DNA of 64,000 bases from Lepidodermella squamata (lineage: Eukaryota; Animalia; Gastrotricha), in assembly GCA_047495785.1 (NCBI GenBank), contig JBLDXI010000017.1, forward strand, positions 3,658,001 through 3,722,000, in the 5' to 3' direction. Of the stretch, positions 12,573 to 22,122 are shown piece by piece. Under the pieces are notes generated by a model. The model searched no databases. It was not told the DNA's origin and saw only the letters and a program-made list of their open reading frames with translations. Each line of letters opens with the position of its first letter. Within the stretch, counting starts at the first letter, position 1. The position numbers and the translations under genes were made by a program.

Positions 12573-14096
12573 CTAAACAAATTGCACTCCAATGCCAAAC
12601 TGAAAGCCAGGTCGTGAACTATCCGTTGACTGAGTCCGTAGAGGTATGGTATAATTCAGCTCAAGGCGGGCAATTGAGCCCAGACGCATAACAACTCCAG
12701 CACCTGCTGATACCCTTATAGAACTTTCGGTCTTGGTTGGAAATCGAGCTAGAGATTGCAACAATTGAGGTGCCGTCAAGGCGAGGTCACCGGCAGTTAA
12801 AAAGCCGTGTAGCTGAATAGGATTGGGACCATTTTGAGAGCTCTCTTCTTCGCCATCCAAGCTACTTGCCGAAACTGTGGGCCGGCCCAAAAACGGCAAT
12901 GGCGCATAAGCGTGAAGAGCAGCCATCCAAAAACAAGATCCTCCAATCACATTGCTGTCAGCAGTATTTGCTGACGGAGTGGCTCCGTAGCCTACTCCTC
13001 GAAGGTTGAAACCGCGCAATGTCAACGGTCCACCAATGAAGTAGCGATCGGGCAAAGCCAAGTTATAACCACCAAATGGCGAAATATGGCCGGCAGTCAA
13101 AGATCCATGCACAGTAATAGGAATTTTTTTAAGTGTCTGAGCGAACTGCAGCTCAACTTCGTGCTTAATAGCTCTTGAATCACCAGGGGGCAAAGAAATT
13201 TCCTGAGTTAGACGTGCCAAAGCGCCACTCGTGGGTAGAGTTGTACTGTCACGAGTATCATATGACAAAAAATGGCGCTGTTGTCAAAATAAAGTTCAAA
13301 AGCCGGTAATTAAAATCAACCTGCTACAAAACTAACCAAAGAACTCTTCACAGAGTCTCCTTCAAGAGTGCGCAATGGCAATGGAGTAGTCTGTTGCAGC
13401 GCCTGAAACATAAGAGGAAGTATAGACGAAAAGAAATTGACCATTTCCGCAACTTACATCAATCCGACGCCAAATATGCTCAAGTCTGAAACCATATTTC
13501 AGTGGATGATAACTTTTAACTGGCAATTCGTGGCCAAAGAAAACAAAGGTGTCCCGCTGACGGTAGGTCGAAAACGGGACGAGAAAAGGCATGCTATTCT
13601 CAAATCCGGAACGACCGAATCCGAAAGTAATCTGGCGATTAATATCCGCCATGTATGGGAGCGCGTAACTAAAAGCAAAGCCATTTTCAGAATGGGTTCC
13701 TCGAATCAACTCGACAGATGCCTGATCAGCATTTCCGGTAGCATTTATTAATCTCCCTCCCAAACGTAACGCCATTCCATTGGTTTCCAGCTCCGTCCGA
13801 ATGCTTGCTGAAGTCCTACGACGTTCCCGCACAAGTAAGGTAATTTCATAGTTCGGAACAGGTTGATTTTGATCCATTTCCTTACGAGAAACGTCAACGA
13901 CGGCGCGAACATGGGAAAATACGCCGATAGAAGCCATGTGTTGCCGCACATCGTTCAATGACGTGAGCAATTCAGCGACCGTATTAGCTTCGAAAAGCGG
14001 TGATGTAATTAATTTGAGCAATTCTGTGCGAGTATTTGCAGCGCCAACCACATGAATTCTCCGAACCTGAGCTCCTGCATCCTCTTTAACATTCAT
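12573..14096 (-). CDS. SAMM50: Sorting and assembly machinery component 50 (POTRA + Omp85 barrel)
   Basis: POTRA VRRIHVVGAANTRTELL; spliced RRID|ALQQTTPLPLRTLEGDSVKSSL|RHFLSYDTRDS; DRYFIGGPLTLRGF; ARLELNY; C-terminal beta-signal FQFGIGVQFV. Confidence 0.92.
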
Positions 14097-14510
14097 GATA
14101 GGTGTTACTAGACTATCATATAGCCTAAAAATAAACTTTGAGTGAAAATTCGCAATAAGAATAAGGTTAATTAGCATAAAGTCAACAAGAGAATACTGCA
14201 TCGAACACTTTTCTAGCACGTCCCACTTCGCTTTTCGCTTTTGGTCCATAAGTTATGATCAAGCGTAACGGTTTTGAACGGATCACAAAGTGATCAACTT
14301 TTCTACTAGAATCATAGGCGACTGAATGAAGGCTATTCTGCATCTCACACATTCCTGCACTGAGCATCCGCATCTTCGGTATTCGTCGGTATACCAATAA
14401 ACTCCGTACCAAACTAAACACTTTCATGCGAGCTCATTCAGAAGCGCCATCGCGCGGGAAAAAACATTTTTATCATATTATTAATTTTTGTATAATATAA
14501 CAATTAGTAG

Positions 14511-14781
14511 TGAAAGGTAGCCGAGCTGCCTTGACCTGGTTCGTTGGTTAACACAAGACGACTGAATGCCCAAATAACCACGTTTATTGCTAATAAGGAT
14601 AATCACTAGTAACGAGCAACGAGCCCAAATGAATATAATTGGCGCATATTTATACGCTGGAAGCTGCGCCATTCATGCTTCCAGCGACGCCACGTGGCAC
14701 TAGCCCAATCGCCTGCGGCAAATAATAAGCATGAAGGACGAATGAATATAGAATACAATGAATAAGCCTAGACCCCTTACA
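14511..14781 (-). repeat. 3' LTR (271 bp)
   Basis: TG...CA ends. Contains TATAAAT, AATAAA, the palindrome GCCACGTGGC and the inverted repeat CGCTGGAAGC/GCTTCCAGCG. Matches 22123-22393. Confidence 0.97.
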
Positions 14782-14796
14782 CCACTCCCCCACCCT
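14782..14796 (-). other. Polypurine tract
   Basis: AGGGTGGGGGAGTGG on the - strand, abutting the 3' LTR. Confidence 0.9.
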
Positions 14797-15616
14797 AAGA
14801 AAAATTCCATAATTTTTAAAGGCAAAATCACGGAACGCTTTAGGGTGTCAGAGCTCACAATAATAAAACATCAAAACCGGGGCCGAACAACAATAGCTAT
14901 TAAAATATCACTAGGAAGAAACTAAAAAGCACGCGACAAACGCAGCACGGTAGTGAGGAATCACTGATCCGAAGTTCCAGGCAATGATATCAAAATAAAC
15001 TATCGAGTTCACAACATATTTACAAAAATAAAGCAGACGTAGACATACATTCTGTTCGCGTCGGAAGGGTACATCCGACGGGGCACGCACCAAGACGGCA
15101 AAAAACTGAAAGGAACGTGAGGAATCACGCCTTATAATGATGAAGCGAACAAAATGTACCTCCACGAAAGCTGCATACAGAAAATTAAACCTCTACGATT
15201 AAACACTCGTTTGTCGAAGCCCGAAGCGAGTAACCAAGCAAAAATAACACATTTGCTGGTATTTGAAATTGACATTTAAAAAATAATTTTCATGACCACA
15301 GAAATAAAGCATAATATCCATTATTAATTAAAGAGCGGAAACAATGAAATTTTTCAAACAAAAAAATGCGGGGCTCCAAGCCAAAGAATTCTTGAATCGA
15401 TTCCAACGATCCACACCGTTTGAACAAAGTTTGAAGTTCTGACCGTAGAAGAAGCCTTTTGCAACCTATTTACACGCATATATACACTATTTCGACACAC
15501 TTATTACGCTGAGAAGGACACACAGTCATTTATTATCATTTTCTAGGTTTTTTTTGTTATGCCAAGTGCCACACAACCTGTCTTGGCCGCCAAGCTGCAG
15601 ACTACGCAATGCTGAA

Positions 15617-17281
15617 CTACCACTCATTTGGCTGCTGATTATCAGATGAAGAGACAACATTTACGCCATTTGGCCATTGCCACTGCCACCTAGCCTGGCC
15701 TTGCTCGACCTGTCGATCCTCCCGTAATTGTTGACCCTGCTGCATCGGTTGAACACTGTGCGTTGGCCTCGCACTCACAACCGGCTGACGTTCTTGTGCC
15801 CCAGGTTGCGACCAAGCCTGCTGGCCATATGGAGCCACCATCGACGCTGTTGACGGAATATCCGCAGGTTCGTACCTGTAACTTTGAAATTTTTGCAAAA
15901 ACATAGGGGGTCTCACCTGTCCCATTGATGGTAACAAGGGCGGGGGTAACCTGACCGGGGCAAATAACGGCGGAGGCAATTGCTGAACATCCTGGTGCGG
16001 AATTAACGGGGGAGGTATTAACGGAGGAGGTAGCACTGGGGGAGGCAACAACGGGGGAATTGATTGATCTTGGGTACCTCTTAACTGTGTACACAACGAC
16101 TCAGCAAATTTGCCGGTACTCAAGTTTTCCCTAACTTGGGGGTCCAAATGCGCTGCCGCTTGCTTGCAGTAGTATTGCAAATGTCCGGGCTCCTTACAGA
16201 GAATACACGCTAACGGGGGATATAAGCAGTCAGCCCTTTCATGGTTCTTCTTACCACAATTAAAACAAAATATTTTCTTCAGCCTAGGGAGCAACTGAGC
16301 TCGACTCGCAGTCTGGCTCGTTTCCTGGGAATTTTCCGGGGGAATTACGGGGTCCACGTCCATGGCCGACGTTTCACGCGGGGTTGGGGGGCACGCCTCC
16401 GTTTGAGTGGAGACACTCTCGACCGGGGGACTCAGTTCCGTTTGGGTGGAGACATTCCTAGAACACCGGAAACTAAGACATTCCTGTAAAGCTTTCCAGG
16501 CAGACGCTCTGGACGGTTTCCATGACAATGCTTCCATAAGTTTTATTTCTGGCGACTTCTTCGGTTTCACCTTGGTTACCGGAACAGTAACCACGCCCGA
16601 CGTCGCTGGGGCTTTGTCAGCCTTCGACGTAGACGCGGAGTTCGACGCCGTTTTCTCAACTGGACCCGTTTTCGCATCCAGTTTCACGGATTTCACCGGC
16701 GGTGCAGCCGGACCCTTCCTAGTTTCTTGAGTCGGCCTCGATTTCACGCTTGGCTTGACTACCGGTTCCGTCGGCCTACCCGGTCGTGTTGACGCGCCTG
16801 GTTCTCGTGCAGTTGCCGTTCTCGTCGCCAGCCTCGATGTCGACGGGCGTTCCCGCGCCACCGGCGTACCCTTGACCGCTGCGGTCGACGCAACTGACCT
16901 GGCCGCCGTCCTCGCTGCTGGCGCTACCGCTGACGACCCTTCCTTTGCTTTCGGTCTAGCCACTACGAGGTTTTTGCTCGTCGTCCGACTCCCCAAAGCC
17001 TTAGGACGTGTCGGTCTGCGTGACGTCGTATCCACCGGGTCGTCCTCAATAACGATCGGAGTTAAAGCCTCCATACGTTGAAGCTCGTCGTTCGTGATCA
17101 CAGCGTTTCCCATTGGGCCTAACAACTCTTCTTCATTCAGTGCGGGAAGCATTTCAGAGGCAACAAAGGTATTGTTCAAAATTAACCGTAAATTTATAAA
17201 CACTCCTATCATCATATTTTTATTAGGGAAGATTTTGAGCCTTGTTTCCGAATAACGCATCTCTATCGAATACGTTTTCAT
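15617..17281 (-). CDS. Retrotransposon ORF3 (env position): low-complexity basic region, 2x TQT motif, 2x CCHC zinc knuckle, Pro-rich and Gln-rich tail
   Basis: 554-codon sense ORF after pol (alternative ATG at 17152). Contains CFNCGKKNHERADC, CILCKEPGHLQYYC and VSTQTE twice. No signal peptide or TM segment. Strong acceptor ttttgttcctttttttAG at 17312. Confidence 0.8.
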   Translation of the reverse strand: MKTYSIEMRYSETRLKIFPNKNMMIGVFINLRLILNNTFVASEMLPALNEEELLGPMGNAVITNDELQRMEALTPIVIEDDPVDTTSRRPTRPKALGSRTTSKNLVVARPKAKEGSSAVAPAARTAARSVASTAAVKGTPVARERPSTSRLATRTATAREPGASTRPGRPTEPVVKPSVKSRPTQETRKGPAAPPVKSVKLDAKTGPVEKTASNSASTSKADKAPATSGVVTVPVTKVKPKKSPEIKLMEALSWKPSRASAWKALQECLSFRCSRNVSTQTELSPPVESVSTQTEACPPTPRETSAMDVDPVIPPENSQETSQTASRAQLLPRLKKIFCFNCGKKNHERADCLYPPLACILCKEPGHLQYYCKQAAAHLDPQVRENLSTGKFAESLCTQLRGTQDQSIPPLLPPPVLPPPLIPPPLIPHQDVQQLPPPLFAPVRLPPPLLPSMGQVRPPMFLQKFQSYRYEPADIPSTASMVAPYGQQAWSQPGAQERQPVVSARPTHSVQPMQQGQQLREDRQVEQGQARWQWQWPNGVNVVSSSDNQQPNEW

Positions 17282-17342
17282 ACCAAGCGTTCCAGGAAGA
17301 TACTCACCGTGCTAAAAAAAGGAACAAAACATCGAAGCAATA

Positions 17343-19661
17343 TTACGAAAGATCAAATTCATCCGCACTGTATTTAGTGCTGGGGATGCGGGTCCTCGAC
17401 GATTGTCTTGTCGAGCCGGACTTAACATCCGATCTTGCCCTTTCATCCCGACTTGGTTGGGGAGGTATGTTTATTTGTTCACCCTTCTGTGCCGTTCCAT
17501 TACACGTTTTCTCTTTTGCGACTTTCTCAGTTACCGGTTTTTTTATGGGTTCTGACGGCTCCTCGATCGGGTCGATTTCTTCCGGCAATTTCAACTCGTC
17601 GGGTTGGTTTTTCCAGGCTATTAATTTCACAATATTCTCGACCTCCAGCTTGCCATTCCGAAGGATCCGTACGTTATTGGTGCCCAGTACTTCTCGCACT
17701 TCGAACGGACCCTCAAATCGGTTCCCCAGTTTACCGCCGTCCTTTTCGTGGAGTTTACGGCGCACCATGTCGCCTTCTTTAAACGGGTTCGCCGGCCGGG
17801 CTGACCCGTCTACACGACGCTTGTTGGCCGCATTGGCTTTCTCTTGGGCTTTGTGTGCTTCCGCCCATATTCGCGACAATTTCTCACGCAATCCTTCCGC
17901 CTTCTTTTCACTTTCGGGCGTCGGGTTCCTTGCCGGGGGCAGCGGTCCCAAAGCGAATGCCGGTTGGCGGGCTTGCACACCGTACGTCATTTCGAACGGC
18001 GACTTCCCGGTGGAAGCATGTGGGGTGGTGCGATACGCAAACATTATCAACGGCAGATAATACGACCACGACTTACGGAACTTCCGCGCCATCGTGCCCA
18101 GCATATCTCCGAGGACTTTGTTGAACCTCTCGTTCTGACCGTTGCCTGGACCGTAGTATACCGTGCAGCGCGATTTCTCGATCCCCAGCACTCTGCACAA
18201 CGCCCGAGTTAGAGTTGTCTCGAACTGTCGACCGTTGTCGCTATGGAGTTTTTCGGGTATTCCTCTGTTGCCGATCCACAGCAATAGCTTGCGAGCGGTA
18301 TCTGAAGCCGTAATCCTCTTCATGGGGAATGCCTCGGCCCATTTGCTGGCGTGATCGTAAACCGTCAAGATCCATCTGTGACCTTCGGACGATGGTAGTG
18401 GGCCTACGAAGTCGATGGCGATTAACTCGTTTGGTTCTTTGGGTGACATGTGCTGCATCGGACCCCGCGTCGCAATGGTGCTGTTCTTTCGTAGTTGACA
18501 TCGGGTGCATCCCTGGCAATACAATTTGATGTCAGTAACCATACCTGGCCACCAGTATGCTTCTCGGAGTCTGGCCCATGTTCGCCTCCAGCCCAAATGA
18601 GCGCCGCCGAGGGAATCATGGCCTTGGAAGAGCAACGTCGGTCTCATCTTTCCGGGCACCACGAGGGCTTGCTTGCCGTCTTTCAGCGTCAGGTACAGTA
18701 ACTTGTTGGTCTCGTTGTTCTTAATATCTGCTCGGTTTTCCCAGACTTGTATTTGCCGCTCGGCTGTAGTCAACGGGGTCAACCGTAATTTGGTGCTCGT
18801 CGCTGGTTTCGGTCGTTCGATGATGGGTGCCACCCAATCCGTTCTCCGTAGCGCTTCGAACTCCACTTCTTCCTGCTGAGCGGTGTTGATTTCCTCGTTG
18901 GACCACTGCAAATTCGACAGTTGGATGACATTGACCTGTGGCGGGTCGCTATCTTCGAACGTGCGAGTGAGTGCATCTGCGTACTGGTTAACACCGGGCA
19001 CATGGACCAGTTCGAAATCGAACTCTTGCAGTTCGTGGATCCATCGCCATAATCGCTGTCCGGGTTCTTTCATTGTCTGCATCCATACCAAAGGGCGGTG
19101 ATCTGTTTTCAACAGGAACCTGCGACCTTGGAGATAACCGCGAAATTTTCGGCACACGGCCCAAAAGATGACTAAGGCTTCTCGTTGTATGGTGGAATAA
19201 TTGCGTTCCGCCTTGGTGAGAGCTCGGCTGATGGCGGCCACCAACCGTAACTTCCCAGGCTCTTCTTCTTGGCACAGTAGGGCACCTATACCGGTCTGAC
19301 TCGCGTCCGTGTATAGGATGAATTGTTTCTTAAAATCGGGGGCCGCTAATACTGGGGGTTTCAAAAACGTTTGTTTAACCGCCTCGAAGGCGTCCTCCAT
19401 TTCTGGGGACCATGCCAAAGGGCCTTTTCCTGTACAGACTTTGGTTAGGGGTTCGATGATATCTGCTAGATTTGGGACGTAGGGTCTCAAGAAACCTACC
19501 AGGCCTAAGAAGGCTCGCATTTGTTTCACACTGTCGACCGTTGTCGCTATGGAGTTTCGGGTATTCCTCTGTTGCCGATCCACAGCAATAGCTTGCGAGC
19601 GGTATCTGAAGCCGTAATCCTCTTCATGGGGAATGCCTCGGCCCATTTGCTGGCGTATCAT
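17343..19661 (-). CDS. pol: Pol 3' half: RT thumb/connection + RNase H + integrase
   Basis: VKQMRAFLGLVGF (thumb); RNase H YTDAS/NYSTIQREAL/KTDHRPL/ADAL; integrase H-H-C-C, IAIDFVGP, HSDNG, GQNERFN and the GPF motif. No chromodomain and no YxDD. Confidence 0.92.
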   Translation of the reverse strand: MIRQQMGRGIPHEEDYGFRYRSQAIAVDRQQRNTRNSIATTVDSVKQMRAFLGLVGFLRPYVPNLADIIEPLTKVCTGKGPLAWSPEMEDAFEAVKQTFLKPPVLAAPDFKKQFILYTDASQTGIGALLCQEEEPGKLRLVAAISRALTKAERNYSTIQREALVIFWAVCRKFRGYLQGRRFLLKTDHRPLVWMQTMKEPGQRLWRWIHELQEFDFELVHVPGVNQYADALTRTFEDSDPPQVNVIQLSNLQWSNEEINTAQQEEVEFEALRRTDWVAPIIERPKPATSTKLRLTPLTTAERQIQVWENRADIKNNETNKLLYLTLKDGKQALVVPGKMRPTLLFQGHDSLGGAHLGWRRTWARLREAYWWPGMVTDIKLYCQGCTRCQLRKNSTIATRGPMQHMSPKEPNELIAIDFVGPLPSSEGHRWILTVYDHASKWAEAFPMKRITASDTARKLLLWIGNRGIPEKLHSDNGRQFETTLTRALCRVLGIEKSRCTVYYGPGNGQNERFNKVLGDMLGTMARKFRKSWSYYLPLIMFAYRTTPHASTGKSPFEMTYGVQARQPAFALGPLPPARNPTPESEKKAEGLREKLSRIWAEAHKAQEKANAANKRRVDGSARPANPFKEGDMVRRKLHEKDGGKLGNRFEGPFEVREVLGTNNVRILRNGKLEVENIVKLIAWKNQPDELKLPEEIDPIEEPSEPIKKPVTEKVAKEKTCNGTAQKGEQINIPPQPSRDERARSDVKSGSTRQSSRTRIPSTKYSADEFDLS
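19530..19656. repeat. 127-bp direct copy of the integrase core (18224-18352) occupying the RT position
   Basis: actgtcgaccgttgtcgctatggagttt(tt)cgggtattcc...catttgctggcgt is identical to 18224-18352 except for a 2-nt shorter T run. Confidence 0.95.
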
Positions 19662-20394
19662 TCATTTTTTGGTGCCTTTCGGCTGGGGTCAAGGGTTTTC
19701 TGATTTCGGGGAAGAATCGGTTTTCTGTATTGTCTTCATCTAAATCGTCTTCCTCAAAGTCCTGGAACCATAGCTCATTGTGGTAGTGTAAAAAGGGTAG
19801 GGCCGGCATCTTTACGTTACGCCAATTATCCTCGGGAAGGATTTTCTTTTCCTCTACTCGGGGTAATTTAATACTCCAGCCTATTTCCGAATTTCTTTTG
19901 AAGATGAGAGCGCCTTCATCTAAGTCGATGAGGCATTTTTCTTTTACTAAAAAATCAAGGCCGAGTATCATTGGGTATAGGGCTGTTTTTACAACTAAAA
20001 ACTCGGCTTCGAAAGGTAGATTGCCTAAGTGGAATTTTAGTTTGGTTTTGCCTAGGGACGTGAATTCATTACCGTCAGCACCGATTAACGAGGATTTTTG
20101 TTCTTCCAGCTTGCCGTCAGCTTTCTGCAGCGTATCCAAATCGATGAGGCTGATGGAGGCTCCTGTGTCCACTAACGCTGTGACGTGTTCGACTGACTTC
20201 AGTTTGCGGAACTCAACAACGGCTGCTAGCATTCTCTTGGTAACAATAGAATTTTTAAAATCGGCGATTTTGTAGTGTCCATTCTCTTTTACAACGCAGA
20301 CAGGTGTGGTGTCGTTCACAGCCTGCTGCTGGGTCTGTTTCACTTTTTTGGACAAACGTTTGCAAGGTGATTCGGGTCGCCACATACATAGCAA
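19624..20394 (-). CDS. pol: Pol 5' part: aspartic protease (-1 frame relative to gag), truncated before RT
   Basis: ALVDTGASISLI and MILGLDFL motifs. The frame ends at a TGA inside the duplicated integrase patch. Confidence 0.9.
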   Translation of the reverse strand: MLCMWRPESPCKRLSKKVKQTQQQAVNDTTPVCVVKENGHYKIADFKNSIVTKRMLAAVVEFRKLKSVEHVTALVDTGASISLIDLDTLQKADGKLEEQKSSLIGADGNEFTSLGKTKLKFHLGNLPFEAEFLVVKTALYPMILGLDFLVKEKCLIDLDEGALIFKRNSEIGWSIKLPRVEEKKILPEDNWRNVKMPALPFLHYHNELWFQDFEEDDLDEDNTENRFFPEIRKPLTPAERHQKMNDTPANGPRHSP

Positions 20395-21803
20395 GATCTG
20401 TCGGCGAACCTTGGATCGATCCTGGGGCAGTAAAAGCGTGCGTGATCGATGGAGCCACAGTTATTGCAGGCCTGTCGATTTCCAGATGGGGACCTGGAGC
20501 GGGTGCGGTTGGCTGCTCGCTGGGCCGCTTCTCGAACGGCGGCGTCTCCGGGACGGGTGTATTCTTGGGCCGTCAAATTTGACAGGGTGGGGCGGGCAGG
20601 AGCCGCCAATTGGCCGGGAGTGATCAGCCTTGATGAATTTGGTGTGTGCGTCCACTGGGTGCTCGTATGCGTCACTTGGCGTGTGGTGCCTGCCGAAGAC
20701 GGTGTCGAAGATACGGATGATAAGGTCGGGTCACCTGTCCAATTCGTTAGGTTGACCAGCGGTTCCGCCGGTGTGCTCGATGCGATCGGTGTCGGTAACA
20801 TCGGGACCACCACATTCGGCGTGGCTGCTACGTTGGTGCGAGCTAATGATTCCAGGAGCGCTCTCACTGCCCTCATATCTTCGCGGGTTTCTTGTACGGT
20901 CCGATGATTCTCCTCGACGCGGGCTTCCAAACGTTCAATGCGTTCATCACGCTGTTCAAATTGAACGCGTCTGGTTTCGTCGCCCTCGAACTGCGATCGT
21001 CGACTTTCACGGCCGTAATTAGCGCCTGAACGTGTGACCATGTTGACCATTGCTGGTGTCGGTGGCCTTGACCGTTCGTAGCTGTTAGCGAAGCTCATGA
21101 GGTCGCTGTCATCAACTGGGGCTACCGTGGTTGACTGTTGCCAGTGCGGTTGCTGTTGTGGGTGATGGTAGGCAGCCACCGGGGGAGGTAGGTTTCCTGA
21201 CACCCGGTGGTTCAGTTGCTGACGGTTTCTGGTTTCGCGGTCCACGGCTTCGCGATCCCGAATGCGCTGAATCACCTGTTTGCGCGTGGTAATCTCACCC
21301 GATTTCATCCGCATGGCCAACTCTCGGCTGAATTTCTGGTCGGCTAGACCTGCGACCAACTGGTGCATAATGGCGGTGGACCTCTCTCTTTCGTTGTTTG
21401 GGTACGCCCATCGCCCCCATTCTTCCAGCTTGGCTTCAAAATCGATCAAAGGGAAGTCGCCTTGATGTAGGAAGAGCATTTCACGTTTCGCTTCCTCCGA
21501 CGTGGGGGGTTCACCGTCGATCACGCGTATTACCTCCGTGCGCAGATTTTTCCAGGAAGCATCTTCTTCGAGATCTTCTAGTGCGCGGGTGACTACGAAG
21601 CCCCGTTGGCCCAGCACCTTCTTCAGCAGGATTGCTTTGGTCAGATTGTATACTCCCATGCTCTCCCACGTGCCTTCATTGTTATCTAGGTACTGTCGGA
21701 GCGAGTAGCCTGGTTTCTTCTCGAACGGGGTGATGGCGTTGGAGCTCAGGATACGGGAGTCGATCGGGAGACCGTCGATAATTGACTTGCGCCTGTCTGT
21801 CAT
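20340..21803 (-). CDS. gag: Gag (capsid-like domain + two CCHC knuckles)
   Basis: ATG at 21803 (MTDRRKS); LHQGDFPLIDFEAKLEEWGRWAYP..LVAGLAD; CNNCGSIDHARFYC and CYVCGDPNHLANVC. Confidence 0.9.
   Translation of the reverse strand: MTDRRKSIIDGLPIDSRILSSNAITPFEKKPGYSLRQYLDNNEGTWESMGVYNLTKAILLKKVLGQRGFVVTRALEDLEEDASWKNLRTEVIRVIDGEPPTSEEAKREMLFLHQGDFPLIDFEAKLEEWGRWAYPNNERERSTAIMHQLVAGLADQKFSRELAMRMKSGEITTRKQVIQRIRDREAVDRETRNRQQLNHRVSGNLPPPVAAYHHPQQQPHWQQSTTVAPVDDSDLMSFANSYERSRPPTPAMVNMVTRSGANYGRESRRSQFEGDETRRVQFEQRDERIERLEARVEENHRTVQETREDMRAVRALLESLARTNVAATPNVVVPMLPTPIASSTPAEPLVNLTNWTGDPTLSSVSSTPSSAGTTRQVTHTSTQWTHTPNSSRLITPGQLAAPARPTLSNLTAQEYTRPGDAAVREAAQRAANRTRSRSPSGNRQACNNCGSIDHARFYCPRIDPRFADRSCYVCGDPNHLANVCPKK
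20343..20349 (-). promoter_or_regulatory. -1 ribosomal frameshift heptamer A_AAA_AAG (gag to pol)
   Basis: gag ends TGT CCA AAA AAG TGA. A -1 slip gives AAA AAA GTG AAA CAG (KKVKQ), which is the protease frame. Confidence 0.75.
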
Positions 21804-21906
21804 GTTGATTTGGTTGTTTATTTGGAAAAAATAAAAGTGGACCGGAATAAATTTGATATTTTTATTTGTCCGACTTTTCGTCACCTTATTGGTCTTAATT
21901 GGCTCT

Positions 21907-22098
21907 TAATTTGGTGCTCGTCGCTGGTTTCGGTCGTTCGATGATGGGTGCCACCCAATCCGTTCTCCGTAGCGCTTCGAACTCCACTTCTTCCTGCTGA
22001 GCGGTGTTGATTTCCTCGTTGGACCACTGCAAATTCGACAGTTGGATGACATTGACCTGTGGCGGGTCGCTATCTTCGAACGTGCGAGTGAGTGCATC
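21907..22098. repeat. 192-bp direct copy of the RNase H/integrase junction (18786-18977) in the 5' leader
   Basis: taatttggtgctcgtcg...gtgagtgcatc matches at both positions and begins 5 nt after the PBS on the - strand. Confidence 0.95.
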
Positions 22099-22103
22099 GC
22101 TGC

Positions 22104-22121
22104 TCCCGGGTCTCGGCGCCA
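22104..22121 (-). other. Primer binding site, tRNA-Phe-like
   Basis: TGGCGCCGAGACCCGGGA lies 1 nt after the 5' LTR and matches 16/18 to the usual tRNA-Phe PBS TGGTGCCGAAACCCGGGA. Confidence 0.75.
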
Positions 22122-22122
22122 A

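Noticed and set aside
17242-18212. Long + strand ORFs opposite pol and ORF3
   Set aside because: They are antisense shadows of coding sequence with no motifs.
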